This document shows, one piece after another, positions 9,934 to 19,884 of a stretch of DNA of 64,000 nt. Source of the stretch: Bacteroidota bacterium. GTDB lineage: Bacteria > Bacteroidota > Bacteroidia > Flavobacteriales > Flavobacteriaceae. The notes below the pieces were generated by a model. The model saw nothing but the letters and a program-made list of their open reading frames with translations, did not search any database and had not been told where the DNA came from. Every line of letters starts with the position of its first letter. Position 1 is the stretch's first letter. Where the stretch lies: NCBI GenBank assembly GCA_039805885.1, contig JBDLTG010000012.1, positions 3,237 to 67,236 of the forward strand, read 5' to 3'. The translations under genes were made by a program, and so were the position numbers.

Positions 9934-11682
9934 ATGTATAGAAGTCATAACTGTGGCGAATTAAACGCCTCACATATCAATACCGAAGTAACACTTGCGG
10001 GTTGGGTTCAAAAATCACGTGATAAAGGATTCATGAATTGGGTCGATTTAAGAGACCGTTATGGAATAACACAATTAATTTTCGACGAAAGTCGTACTGA
10101 AAAAACAGTATTCGAATTAGCAAAAACCCTTGGAAGAGAATTTGTAATTCAAGTTAAAGGAACTGTTATCGAGAGAGAAGCTAAAAACAAAAATATCGCA
10201 ACAGGTGAAATCGAAATTTTAGTTACTGAACTAAACATTTTAAATGCAGCGCTGACTCCTCCTTTCACGATTGAAGATGAAACGGATGGTGGTGAAGACA
10301 TTCGAATGAAATACCGATATTTAGATATCAGAAGAAATCCGGTAAAAAACAGCTTGCTTTTCCGTCACAAAGTGGCAATGGAAGTACGTAAATATTTATC
10401 TGATTTGGATTTCTGCGAAGTAGAAACTCCTTATTTAATCAAATCTACTCCTGAAGGAGCCAGAGATTTTGTTGTTCCTTCCCGCATGAACGAAGGACAA
10501 TTTTATGCTTTACCACAATCACCACAAACGTTCAAACAATTATTGATGGTAGGTGGAATGGACAAATATTTCCAAATTGTCAAATGTTTCCGCGACGAAG
10601 ACTTACGCGCTGATCGTCAACCTGAGTTTACACAAATCGATTGCGAAATGGCATTTGTGGAACAAGAAGATATTTTAAACATATTTGAAGGTCTAACGCG
10701 TCATTTGCTAAAAGAAATAAAAGGAATTGAAGTTGACAAATTTCCTCGTATGACATACGAACACGCGATGAAAACTTATGGAAATGACAAACCAGACATT
10801 CGATTCGGGATGGAATTTGGAGAATTGAACGAATTTGCACAACACAAAGAATTTCCAGTATTCAACGCTGCTGAATTAGTAGTTGGAATTGCTGTTCCGG
10901 GAGCTGGAAATTATACCAGAAAAGAAATCGATGCTTTAATTGACTGGGTAAAACGTCCACAAGTGGGTGCATCAGGAATGGTGTATGCAAAATGCAACGA
11001 AGACGGTACTTTCAAATCATCGGTAGATAAATTCTACGATCAAGAAGATTTAGCGAATTGGGCAAAAACAACCGGAGCAAAAGCGGGCGATATGATTTTT
11101 GTGCTTTCGGGTCCAGCTAATAAAACAAGAGCTCAATTGAGTGCTTTAAGAATGGAATTAGCAACTCGTTTAGGATTGCGTAATCCAGCTGTTTTCGCAC
11201 CACTTTGGGTAGTTGATTTCCCTTTATTAGAATTGGATGAAGAAAGCGGTCGTTACCACGCGATGCATCATCCATTTACGTCTCCAAAACCAGAAGACAT
11301 GAAATTATTAGAAACCGAACCTGGAAAAGTTCGTGCTAATGCTTACGATATGGTTTTGAATGGAAATGAAATTGGTGGTGGTTCAATTAGAATTCACGAT
11401 AAAGCAACCCAACAATTGATGTTTAAATATTTAGGATTCTCTGAAGAAGAAGCAAAAGCACAATTTGGATTCCTGATGGATGCTTTCCAATTTGGAGCGC
11501 CACCACATGGAGGTTTGGCTTTTGGATTGGATCGATTAGTGGCTATTTTAGGTGGCCAGGAAACCATTCGTGACTTCATTGCTTTCCCTAAAAATAACTC
11601 AGGAAGAGACGTGATGATTGATGCTCCATCAGCCATTGACAGCGCGCAATTGAACGAATTACACATCCAATTAGATTTATAG
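9934..11682 (+). CDS. aspS: Aspartate--tRNA ligase
   Basis: [10 protein letters not shown] start, [45 protein letters not shown]. Confidence 0.99.
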   Translation: MYRSHNCGELNASHINTEVTLAGWVQKSRDKGFMNWVDLRDRYGITQLIFDESRTEKTVFELAKTLGREFVIQVKGTVIEREAKNKNIATGEIEILVTELNILNAALTPPFTIEDETDGGEDIRMKYRYLDIRRNPVKNSLLFRHKVAMEVRKYLSDLDFCEVETPYLIKSTPEGARDFVVPSRMNEGQFYALPQSPQTFKQLLMVGGMDKYFQIVKCFRDEDLRADRQPEFTQIDCEMAFVEQEDILNIFEGLTRHLLKEIKGIEVDKFPRMTYEHAMKTYGNDKPDIRFGMEFGELNEFAQHKEFPVFNAAELVVGIAVPGAGNYTRKEIDALIDWVKRPQVGASGMVYAKCNEDGTFKSSVDKFYDQEDLANWAKTTGAKAGDMIFVLSGPANKTRAQLSALRMELATRLGLRNPAVFAPLWVVDFPLLELDEESGRYHAMHHPFTSPKPEDMKLLETEPGKVRANAYDMVLNGNEIGGGSIRIHDKATQQLMFKYLGFSEEEAKAQFGFLMDAFQFGAPPHGGLAFGLDRLVAILGGQETIRDFIAFPKNNSGRDVMIDAPSAIDSAQLNELHIQLDL

Positions 11683-11773
11683 TAAATACCTTTCGAAACC
11701 GCCTGAATACACTGAATATCAATTATTTTATGAAAAAAAATGATATTAATGATTTTCGTATTATATTAAACAT

Positions 11774-11781
11774 TACATTTG
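11774..11781 (+). promoter_or_regulatory. -7 promoter element for cold-shock gene
   Basis: TACATTTG 29 nt before the ATG. Confidence 0.6.
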
Positions 11782-11810
11782 CTTCATTATAAATTATTAT
11801 TACTATTACA

Positions 11811-12005
11811 ATGCGTACAGGTACAGTTAAATTTTTCAATGAGTCTAAAGGTTACGGATTCATTACAGACGAAGAAACAGGAAAAGACATTTTTGTTCAC
11901 GCTTCAGGAATCAACGCGGAAGAATTACGCGAAGGTGACAGAGTTAGCTACGAAGAAGAAGAAGGAAGAAAAGGAAAAGTTGCTGCTAAAGTTGCAGTTA
12001 TCTAA
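11811..12005 (+). CDS. Cold-shock protein (CspA family)
   Basis: GTVKFFNESKGYGFI (RNP1) and DIFVHASG (RNP2). Confidence 0.96.
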   Translation: MRTGTVKFFNESKGYGFITDEETGKDIFVHASGINAEELREGDRVSYEEEEGRKGKVAAKVAVI

Positions 12006-12033
12006 ACAAAATATTTTTTTGTTACGAATGCTT

Positions 12034-12070
12034 AAAAAACGTTTCGATTTATTTCGGAACGTTTTTTTTT
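12034..12070 (+). terminator. Intrinsic terminator after cold-shock gene
   Basis: AAAAAACGTTTCGA-tttatt-TCGGAACGTTTTTTTTT. Confidence 0.85.
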
Positions 12071-12206
12071 GATCAAATCTTAAATTTTTAGTTTTTTTTA
12101 AGAAAACCATAAAAATATTATTTATAATCATTAAAAACTAGAAAAAAACTCCTTAAAATCAAGCACTAATTTTCATAGTCCGCTTGTGTTTTATAACATT
12201 GAAGCA

Positions 12207-12214
12207 TATCTTTG
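12207..12214 (+). promoter_or_regulatory. -7 promoter element for nuo operon
   Basis: TATCTTTG 29 nt before the nuoA ATG at 12244. Confidence 0.6.
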
Positions 12215-12243
12215 TGACTTATTTTAGCACAAAATTTATTATT

Positions 12244-12609
12244 ATGCAATCTGGACAATTCAATTACCTCCCAATACTAATGCAAGCTTTACTTGCTATA
12301 GGTTTTGTAGTAGCTACCATCATTATTTCTGGGAAATTAGGACCTAAAAGAAAATCTGCAATTAAAGATAAAAACTTTGAGTGCGGGATTGAATCTGTAG
12401 GTAATGCACGTATTCCATTCTCCGTAAAATACTTCCTTGTTGCTATTTTATTTGTATTGTTTGACATTGAAGTGATCTTCCTTTATCCTTGGGCTATCAA
12501 CTTCAAAGAATTGGGAATAGAAGGAATGATAAAAATGGTGGTGTTCATGGCTTTGCTTTTAGTTGGTTTTTTCTATATCATCAAAAAGAAAGCTTTACAA
12601 TGGGAATAA
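12244..12609 (+). CDS. nuoA: NADH-quinone oxidoreductase subunit A
   Basis: FECG loop, KYFLVAILFVLFDIEVIFLYPWA, KKKALQWE. Confidence 0.97.
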   Translation: MQSGQFNYLPILMQALLAIGFVVATIIISGKLGPKRKSAIKDKNFECGIESVGNARIPFSVKYFLVAILFVLFDIEVIFLYPWAINFKELGIEGMIKMVVFMALLLVGFFYIIKKKALQWE

Positions 12610-12614
12610 AAAGA

Positions 12615-12765
12615 AATTTAAGATTTTAGACTTCAGATTCCAGATTTAAACATCAGAATTATAATTTAAAATCGAAACTCTTCAAAAAAAATATTGATTT
12701 CAAAATTGATTTTGACTTTTACGATTTCAAAAATCTAAAATCTAAAATCAGCAATCTAAAATAAA
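12615..12765. repeat. Inverted heptamer-repeat array between nuoA and nuoB
   Basis: AGATTT/AGACTT/AGATTC/AGATTT start at 12621, 12628, 12635, 12642. Complementary AAATCT/AAATCT/AAATCA/CAATCT start at 12731, 12738, 12745, 12752. Exact 7-nt period on both arms. Confidence 0.8.
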
Positions 12766-12766
12766 A

Positions 12767-13312
12767 ATGGATTCAAAAATAAATATGGTTGCCCCTCCTG
12801 AAGGTGTTGTTGGTGAAGGTTTTTTCGCCACAAAACTAAATGATGTAGTAGGATTGGCTCGTGCTAATTCACTTTGGCCATTGCCTTTTGCAACTTCTTG
12901 TTGCGGTATTGAATTTATGGCCACTATGGCATCTCATTATGACTTGGCTCGTTTTGGTTCAGAACGTGTAAGTTTTTCTCCTCGTCAAGCAGATATGTTG
13001 ATGGTAATGGGTACAATTTCTAAAAAAATGGCTCCTATTTTACGTCAGGTTTACGAACAAATGTCGGAACCTAGATGGGTAATTGCTGTTGGCGCTTGTG
13101 CTTCATCAGGTGGGATATTTGACACTTACTCGGTTCTTCAAGGAATTGACAAAGTAATTCCAGTTGACGTTTATGTTCCAGGTTGTCCACCAAGACCAGA
13201 ACAAATTGTTGATGGCGTAATGAAATTACAAGAACTAGTAAAATCAGAATCTGTAAGAAGAAGAAGTTCGCCGGAGTATCAAGAATTATTAGCTTCTTAT
13301 AATATCAAATAA
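12767..13312 (+). CDS. nuoB: NADH-quinone oxidoreductase subunit B
   Basis: SCCGIE, RQAD, GACASSGG and VPGCPPRPE (N2 cluster ligands). Confidence 0.98.
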   Translation: MDSKINMVAPPEGVVGEGFFATKLNDVVGLARANSLWPLPFATSCCGIEFMATMASHYDLARFGSERVSFSPRQADMLMVMGTISKKMAPILRQVYEQMSEPRWVIAVGACASSGGIFDTYSVLQGIDKVIPVDVYVPGCPPRPEQIVDGVMKLQELVKSESVRRRSSPEYQELLASYNIK

Positions 13313-13313
13313 A

Positions 13314-13835
13314 ATGGCATTAGAAAACACAGCTATTCAAGAAAAATTAGTAGAAAATTTTGCAGGAGATGCTTTTAATTTCCAACAGGAAAGAGATATT
13401 TTTTCCTTTGAGATCAATGCTAACAAAAATACCGCTATCATTTTATTCTTAAAAAACGACCCAGATTTACGTTTTCATTTCTTAACAGATTTATGTGGCA
13501 TTCATTATCCGGATAATCCGGTAGAAAAACAATTTGCGGTTGTATATCATTTGCACAATTGGTACGAAAACAAACGCATTAGAATCAAAACTTTTATTAA
13601 CGGAGAAAATCCAGAAATAAAAACACTATCTAATATTTTCTTATCGTCTAATTGGATGGAAAGAGAAACCTATGACTTCTTTGGTTTTAATTTTATTGGT
13701 CACCCTCAGTTGAAACGTATTTTGAATATGGATGAAATGACTTCTTTTCCTATGCGTAAAGAATTCCCATTAGAAGACGGTGGAAGAACCGATAAAGACG
13801 ACCGTTTCTTCGGAAGAACAATAGACAATTGCTAA
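13314..13835 (+). CDS. nuoC: NADH-quinone oxidoreductase subunit C
   Basis: NWMERETYDFFG..F.GHP.LKRIL..PMRKEFPL. Confidence 0.97.
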   Translation: MALENTAIQEKLVENFAGDAFNFQQERDIFSFEINANKNTAIILFLKNDPDLRFHFLTDLCGIHYPDNPVEKQFAVVYHLHNWYENKRIRIKTFINGENPEIKTLSNIFLSSNWMERETYDFFGFNFIGHPQLKRILNMDEMTSFPMRKEFPLEDGGRTDKDDRFFGRTIDNC

Positions 13836-13869
13836 AAAAACAATATATATAATTTTTCACATTCTATAA

Positions 13870-15108
13870 ATGTCAGAACTATTATTACCACCAGAGCATC
13901 GCTATGCTAAAATAATAAAAGAGCAACTAAATGAAGACGGAAACGAGCTTTCTATCCTGAATTTAGGGCCTACTCACCCAGCTACTCACGGAATTTTCCA
14001 AAATATTCTGTTGATGGATGGAGAACGCATTTTAGATGCTGAACCAACTATTGGTTATATCCATCGTGCTTTTGAAAAAATTGCTGAGAACAGACCTTTC
14101 TACCAAATTACACCTCTTACTGACCGTATGAACTATTGCTCCTCTCCTATCAACAATATGGGATGGTGGATGACTTTAGAAAAATTACTGGGTGTTGAAG
14201 TTCCTAAAAGAGCTCAATATTTAAGAGTAATTGTAATGGAATTAGCAAGAATTACCGATCACTTGATTTGTAATTCTATTTTAGGAGTAGATACTGGTGC
14301 TTACACTGGTTTTCTTTATGTTTTCCAATTTAGAGAGAAAGTATACGAAATCTACGAAGAAATTTGTGGTGCCCGTTTGACAACAAACATGGGTAGAATT
14401 GGTGGTTTTGAAAGAGACTGGACTCCAAAAGCATTTGAATTATTAGACACTTTTCTCGAAGAATTTCCACCAGCCTGGAAAGAATTTGAAAACCTATTCG
14501 AAAGAAATAGAATTTTTATAGACCGAACGGTTAATGTAGGTCCAATAACTGCTGAAAAAGCCATGGCTTACGGTTTTACTGGCCCTAACTTACGTGCTGC
14601 GGGTGTTGATTATGATGTGCGTGTAGCACAACCGTACAGTTCTTATGAGGATTTTGATTTCAAAATTCCAGTAGGAAAATCAGGAGATACTTACGATCGT
14701 TTCTGTGTTCGTAATGCCGAAGTTTGGGAAAGTTTAAGCATTATTCGTCAAGCTTTAGACAAAATGCCAGAAGGAAACGAATACCATGCTGAAGTTCCTG
14801 ATTATTATTTGCCTCCAAAAGAAGATGTTTACAATAATATGGAATCTTTAATCTATCATTTCAAAATTGTTATGGGAGAAGTTCCTGTTCCGGTTGCCGA
14901 AATCTACCATCCGGTAGAAGGAGGAAATGGAGAATTAGGATTTTATTTGGTTACTGACGGAAGTAGAACACCATACCGTCTTCACTTTAGAAGACCTTGT
15001 TTTATCTACTACCAAGCTTATCCAGAAATCATAAAAGGCGCATTATTATCTGATGCCATTGTTATTTTATCCAGTTTAAATGTAATAGCTGGAGAATTAG
15101 ACGCATAA
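13870..15108 (+). CDS. nuoD: NADH-quinone oxidoreductase subunit D
   Basis: NLGPTHPATHG, GYIHRAFEK, DRMNY, GELGFY, GELDA. Confidence 0.98.
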   Translation: MSELLLPPEHRYAKIIKEQLNEDGNELSILNLGPTHPATHGIFQNILLMDGERILDAEPTIGYIHRAFEKIAENRPFYQITPLTDRMNYCSSPINNMGWWMTLEKLLGVEVPKRAQYLRVIVMELARITDHLICNSILGVDTGAYTGFLYVFQFREKVYEIYEEICGARLTTNMGRIGGFERDWTPKAFELLDTFLEEFPPAWKEFENLFERNRIFIDRTVNVGPITAEKAMAYGFTGPNLRAAGVDYDVRVAQPYSSYEDFDFKIPVGKSGDTYDRFCVRNAEVWESLSIIRQALDKMPEGNEYHAEVPDYYLPPKEDVYNNMESLIYHFKIVMGEVPVPVAEIYHPVEGGNGELGFYLVTDGSRTPYRLHFRRPCFIYYQAYPEIIKGALLSDAIVILSSLNVIAGELDA

Positions 15109-15111
15109 ATT

Positions 15112-15642
15112 ATGGAACGTACACATTACAAACAAGAAATAAATATGACGGAAGCATTGATGACTCGCATCAATGAATTGATTAGTCATTATCCTGAAGA
15201 CAAGAAAAAATCGGCTTTATTACCTGTTTTACACGAAGTTCAAGATGCTCACGACAACTGGATGAGCGTTGAATTAATGGATAAGGTTGCCGAAATTCTT
15301 GGAATATTACCTATTGAAGTTTACGAAGTAGCTACTTTCTATACCATGTACAACCTAAAACCTATTGGGAAATACATGTTTGAATTTTGCCAAACTTCAT
15401 GTTGTTGCTTAAGAGGAACCGAAGATTTAATGGACTATACCTGTGAGAAATTAGGTGTTGCCATTGGCGAAACTACTGCTGACGGACTTTTTGAAGTAAG
15501 AGGTGTAGAATGTTTAGGTGCTTGCGGATATGCTCCAATGATGCAATTGGGTGATTTCTACAAAGAACATTTGACTAAAGAAAAAATCGATCAGTTAATT
15601 ACTGATTGCCGAGATAATAAAATAATATTACACGATAAATAA
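15112..15642 (+). CDS. nuoE: NADH-quinone oxidoreductase subunit E
   Basis: KSALLPVLH, ATFYTMY, C..SCCL..ECLGACGYAP (N1a cluster). Confidence 0.97.
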   Translation: MERTHYKQEINMTEALMTRINELISHYPEDKKKSALLPVLHEVQDAHDNWMSVELMDKVAEILGILPIEVYEVATFYTMYNLKPIGKYMFEFCQTSCCCLRGTEDLMDYTCEKLGVAIGETTADGLFEVRGVECLGACGYAPMMQLGDFYKEHLTKEKIDQLITDCRDNKIILHDK

Positions 15643-15643
15643 G

Positions 15644-17011
15644 ATGTCAAAAAAAATATTATTAGACAAAATCAACGTACCTGGAATCAAAACTTACGAA
15701 GTATATCGTAAAGAAGGTGGATATGCTTCTGTTGAAAAAGCAATAAAAGCCATGACTCCAGACGAAGTAGTCGAAGAAGTAAAAAAATCAGGACTTCGTG
15801 GTCGTGGTGGAGCGGGTTTTCCAGCTGGAATGAAATGGAGTTTTATTGACAAAAAATCAGGAAAACCAAGACATTTAGTTTGTAATGCTGATGAGTCAGA
15901 ACCAGGAACATTCAAAGACCGTTATTTGATGGAATTTATTCCTCATTTATTGATTGAAGGAATGATTACTTCTAGCTTTGCTTTGGGTGCAAACCTTTCT
16001 TACATCTACATTCGTGGAGAATACATGTGGGTTTTTAAAATATTAGAAAGAGCCATTGCTGAAGCGAAAGCTGCGGGTTGGTTAGGGAAAAATATATTAG
16101 GTTCAGGTTACGACTTAGAACTGCACGTTCATTGTGGTGCGGGAGCTTATATCTGTGGTGAAGAAACGGCTTTGATTGAATCCTTAGAAGGAAAAAGAGG
16201 AAATCCTCGTATCAAACCACCATTCCCAGCAGTATCTGGATTGTGGGCAAACCCAACAGTAGTAAACAATGTAGAAACAATAGCATCTGTGCCGTGGATT
16301 ATTAATAATTCAGGTGATGATTACGCAAAAATTGGAGTTGGAAGATCAACAGGAACCAAATTAATTTCAGCTTCTGGTCACGTTAAAAATCCTGGAGTTT
16401 ACGAAATCGAATTGGGATTAAGCGTTGATGAATTCATGAATTCCGACGAATATTTGGGTGGAATGAGTTCCAGCAGACCTTTGAAAGCCTTAGTTCCGGG
16501 AGGTTCATCAGTGCCAATTTTACCAGCCGACTTAATTTTTAAAACTGCTAATGGCGAAGACCGTTTAATGACGTACGAATCTTTAAGTGATGGCGGATTT
16601 GCGACAGGTTCTATGTTAGGTTCCGGTGGATTTATTGTTTATGATGATACGGCTTGTATTGTACGTAATACTTGGAATTTTTCCCGTTTTTACCACCATG
16701 AATCTTGCGGACAATGTACCCCTTGCCGTGAAGGAACAGGATGGTTAGAAAAAGTATTGTGGCGTATTGAAAACGGTCAGGGTCGCGAAGAAGACATCGA
16801 TTTGTTGTGGAGTATTCAAAGTAAAATTGAAGGAAACACCATTTGTCCACTTGGAGATGCAGCATCATGGCCAGTGGCAGCAGCAATTCGTCATTTTAGA
16901 GAAGAATTTGAATACCATATTCGTTTCCCGGAAAGAATAAAGAACAGAAATCACTTTGTTGCTGAGCCTTTTGATAAAGTAAGACATTTGGTAAGCAAAC
17001 AAACAGTTTAA
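15644..17011 (+). CDS. nuoF: NADH-quinone oxidoreductase subunit F
   Basis: GLRGRGGAGFPAG.KW, NADESEPGTFKDR, YICGEETAL, HESCGQCTPCREG. Confidence 0.98.
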   Translation: MSKKILLDKINVPGIKTYEVYRKEGGYASVEKAIKAMTPDEVVEEVKKSGLRGRGGAGFPAGMKWSFIDKKSGKPRHLVCNADESEPGTFKDRYLMEFIPHLLIEGMITSSFALGANLSYIYIRGEYMWVFKILERAIAEAKAAGWLGKNILGSGYDLELHVHCGAGAYICGEETALIESLEGKRGNPRIKPPFPAVSGLWANPTVVNNVETIASVPWIINNSGDDYAKIGVGRSTGTKLISASGHVKNPGVYEIELGLSVDEFMNSDEYLGGMSSSRPLKALVPGGSSVPILPADLIFKTANGEDRLMTYESLSDGGFATGSMLGSGGFIVYDDTACIVRNTWNFSRFYHHESCGQCTPCREGTGWLEKVLWRIENGQGREEDIDLLWSIQSKIEGNTICPLGDAASWPVAAAIRHFREEFEYHIRFPERIKNRNHFVAEPFDKVRHLVSKQTV

Positions 17012-17012
17012 T

Positions 17013-17112
17013 CCCCACCTAGCCTCCCCAAAACGGAGGAATATTTGGAGAAAATAATAACTTAATAATTAACCTAATGACTCCCTCTCCTTTGGAGAGG
17101 GTTGAGGAGAGG
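17013..17112. repeat. Inverted pair of REP-like GC-rich palindromic units (REPIN/BIME-like) between nuoF and nuoG
   Basis: Left CCCCACCTAGCCTCCCCAAAACGGAGGAAT (17013-17042) is a degenerate reverse complement of right ACTCCCTCTCCTTTGGAGAGGGTTGAGGAGAGG (17080-17112); the right unit contains the hairpin CCCTCTCC-ttt-GGAGAGGG. Confidence 0.65.
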
Positions 17113-17116
17113 AAAG

Positions 17117-18166
17117 ATGAAAGTAACAATAGACGGTCAAGAAATTGAAGTTGAAGCAGGAACAACCATCTTGCAAGCGGCTCGTATGATAGGAGGAGAA
17201 TCTGTTCCACCTGCGATGTGCTATTATTCTAAACTAAAAGGAAGCGGTGGAAAATGCCGCTGTTGTTTAGTTGAAGTTGCCAAAGGTAGCGATGCCGATC
17301 CTAGACCAATGCCAAAATTAATGGCATCTTGTGTAACAGGATGTATGGATGGGATGGAAATCAACAGTAAAAATTCAGATAGAGTGCGTGAAGCGCGTCA
17401 ATCGGTGACTGAGTTTTTATTGATCAATCACCCGCTGGATTGTCCTATTTGCGATCAGGCTGGAGAATGTGATTTACAAGATTTAAGCTTTGAGCACGGA
17501 AAATCTAAAACACGTTTTATAGAAGAAAAGAGAACATTTGAACCGGAAGATATTGGTCCAAATATTCAATTGCACATGAATCGTTGTATTTTATGCCAAC
17601 GTTGTGTGCAAGTTGCGGATCAATTGACTGATAAGAGAGTTCACGGAGTTTTAGACCGTGGAGATCATGCTAATATTTCGACTTGTATTTCTAAGGCTAT
17701 TGACAATGAATTCTCAGGAAATATGATTGATGTGTGTCCTGTAGGTGCTTTGACTGATAAAACTTTCCGTTTCAAATCGAGAGTTTGGTTCAACAAACCG
17801 TACAATGCACACAGAGAGTGTACTACTCCGGGATGTTGCGGAAAAACTACTGTTTGGATGTTTGGAGATGAAATTCAAAGAGTTACAGGCAGAAAAGATG
17901 TTTACCATGAAGTAGAAGATTTTATTTGTAACGAATGTCGTTTTGACCACAAAGATCCTGCTGACTGGGTGATTGAAGGGCCAAGAAAATTTGACAAAGA
18001 TTCGGTTATCAATCAAAATAACTATACTCAAAAATTGGAAACGGTTCATATTGCTACCGAAGAAGGAATTCTAAAAGGAAGAGAAGAAGACCGTAAAAAG
18101 ATTAGTATGCCAGCTATCCCTTTGGATAAAGAAGAGCAAGAAGAATTTAACAATGGTAATCTATAA
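17117..18166 (+). CDS. nuoG: NADH-quinone oxidoreductase subunit G, short form (349 aa)
   Basis: CYY..CRCCLVE (N1b), NHPLDCPICDQAGEC (N5), CILCQRC..CPVGAL (N4). Start MKVTIDG at 17117. Confidence 0.93.
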   Translation: MKVTIDGQEIEVEAGTTILQAARMIGGESVPPAMCYYSKLKGSGGKCRCCLVEVAKGSDADPRPMPKLMASCVTGCMDGMEINSKNSDRVREARQSVTEFLLINHPLDCPICDQAGECDLQDLSFEHGKSKTRFIEEKRTFEPEDIGPNIQLHMNRCILCQRCVQVADQLTDKRVHGVLDRGDHANISTCISKAIDNEFSGNMIDVCPVGALTDKTFRFKSRVWFNKPYNAHRECTTPGCCGKTTVWMFGDEIQRVTGRKDVYHEVEDFICNECRFDHKDPADWVIEGPRKFDKDSVINQNNYTQKLETVHIATEEGILKGREEDRKKISMPAIPLDKEEQEEFNNGNL

Positions 18167-18169
18167 AAA

Positions 18170-19222
18170 ATGGACAGTACAATTATTATAGAAAAAAGTG
18201 TTATCATTCTGGTTGTCTTTGCAATTACAATGGTTATGGCAATGTATTCTACACTTGCAGAAAGAAAAATTGCAGCTTGGTTACAAGATCGTATCGGCCC
18301 TAACAGAGCTGGAAAAGGTGGACTTTTACAACCCCTTGCTGATGGTTTAAAATTATTTTCGAAAGAAGAATTTGAACCTGATACACCTAATCGATTTTTA
18401 TTCTTTGTAGGTCCGGCAGTAGCAATGAGTACGGCTTTAATGACCAGTGCAGTAATTCCGTGGGGAGATCATTTTCACCTTTTTGGAAGAGATATCATCT
18501 TACAGGCTGCCGACATTGATGTCGCATTATTGTATGTTTTTGGAGTTATTTCTGTTGGAGTTTACGGAATCATGATTGGTGGATGGGCTTCAAACAATAA
18601 ATTCTCTTTGATGGGAGCGGTTCGTGCGGCTTCGCAAATGGTTTCTTATGAAGTTGCTATGGGATTATCAATGATTGCTTTGTTGATGATGACAGGAACT
18701 TTAAGCTTAAGAGAAATTAGTTTGCAACAATCAGGAATGCACTGGAATGTATTTTACCAACCGCTTTCGTTCTTAATCTTTTTGATTTGTGCTTTTGCTG
18801 AAACGAACAGAACGCCATTTGACTTAGCTGAATGTGAAAGTGAATTAATTGGTGGTTATCATACCGAATATTCTTCGATGAAGATGGGATTCTACTTATT
18901 TGCTGAATATGCTAATATGTTTATCTCTTCTACCATTATTGCAGTTTTATTCTTTGGTGGTTATAATTATCCAGGAATGAGTTGGATGGTAGAAAACGCG
19001 GGCGTAAATTTGGCAAACGTAATAGGAATTGGAGTTTTATTTGCAAAAATATGTTTCTTCATCTTTTTCTACATGTGGGTAAGATGGACCATCCCAAGAT
19101 TCAGATACGATCAATTGATGAATTTAGGATGGAGAATATTAATTCCTTTATCAATTGTAAATATCATGATTACAGGAATTGTAATTTTGAGACACGAAAT
19201 AGCCGTTTTTCTGGGATTTTAA
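18170..19222 (+). CDS. nuoH: NADH-quinone oxidoreductase subunit H
   Basis: ERKIAAWLQDRIGP, QPLADGLKLFSKE, ETNRTPFDLAECESELIGG, PRFRYDQLM. Confidence 0.98.
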   Translation: MDSTIIIEKSVIILVVFAITMVMAMYSTLAERKIAAWLQDRIGPNRAGKGGLLQPLADGLKLFSKEEFEPDTPNRFLFFVGPAVAMSTALMTSAVIPWGDHFHLFGRDIILQAADIDVALLYVFGVISVGVYGIMIGGWASNNKFSLMGAVRAASQMVSYEVAMGLSMIALLMMTGTLSLREISLQQSGMHWNVFYQPLSFLIFLICAFAETNRTPFDLAECESELIGGYHTEYSSMKMGFYLFAEYANMFISSTIIAVLFFGGYNYPGMSWMVENAGVNLANVIGIGVLFAKICFFIFFYMWVRWTIPRFRYDQLMNLGWRILIPLSIVNIMITGIVILRHEIAVFLGF

Positions 19223-19237
19223 ATTAGCAAAGATTAG

Positions 19238-19309
19238 CACTAGCCCTGATTGAAGCGGCATCCTTTAATTTTTTTCTTTAAAAAATTAAAGATACAGCGG
19301 AAAGCAGGA
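19238..19309. repeat. Nested-hairpin miniature intergenic element between nuoH and nuoI
   Basis: CACTAGCCCTGATTGAAGCGGCATC-[CTTTAATTTTTT...AAAAAATTAAAG]-ATACAGCGGAAAGCAGG. Outer CCTG/CAGG pairing with an AT-rich inner stem; resembles an intergenic repeat I recall from Flavobacterium genomes. Confidence 0.55.
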
Positions 19310-19338
19310 TTAGCTTCAAATAAAAAATAAAAATAAAG

Positions 19339-19884
19339 ATGTCAATAGAAACCATATCCTTATCGGGAAGAAAAGTACAAGTCTCTAATAAAGAGATGAC
19401 TTTTTTAGAGCGTTTGTATCTTGTTGCGATTGTAAAAGGATTAATCATTACCATTAAACACTTGTTTTCAAGAAAGGTTACCATTCAGTATCCGGAGCAA
19501 GTGCGTGCGATGAGTCCTGTATATCGTGGGCAACACATGTTGAAACGTGACGAACAAGGAAGAGAGAACTGTACTGCTTGCGGTTTATGTGCTCTGTCTT
19601 GTCCTGCAGAAGCCATTACTATGAAAGCTGCCGAGCGTAAAGCCAACGAAAAACATTTGTATCGCGAGGAAAAATATGCCGAAATATATGAGATTAATAT
19701 GTTGCGTTGTATTTTTTGTGGATTATGCGAAGAGGCTTGTCCAAAAGACGCGATTTATTTGACTACTTCAAAAGTATTGGTTCCTTCCAGTTATGAAAGA
19801 GAAGATTTTATTTTTGGAAAAGATAAATTAGTGATGCCTTTAGATATCGCTATGAAAAACGCTCAACTTAAAAATGCTAACTAA
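19339..19884 (+). CDS. nuoI: NADH-quinone oxidoreductase subunit I
   Basis: CTACGLCALSCP and CIFCGLCEEACP (N6a/N6b). Confidence 0.98.
   Translation: MSIETISLSGRKVQVSNKEMTFLERLYLVAIVKGLIITIKHLFSRKVTIQYPEQVRAMSPVYRGQHMLKRDEQGRENCTACGLCALSCPAEAITMKAAERKANEKHLYREEKYAEIYEINMLRCIFCGLCEEACPKDAIYLTTSKVLVPSSYEREDFIFGKDKLVMPLDIAMKNAQLKNAN

Noticed and set aside
17102-17116. TTG start for nuoG (MRRGK extension)
   Set aside because: It lies inside the REP-like unit; MKVTIDG at 17117 is the conventional NuoG N-terminus.
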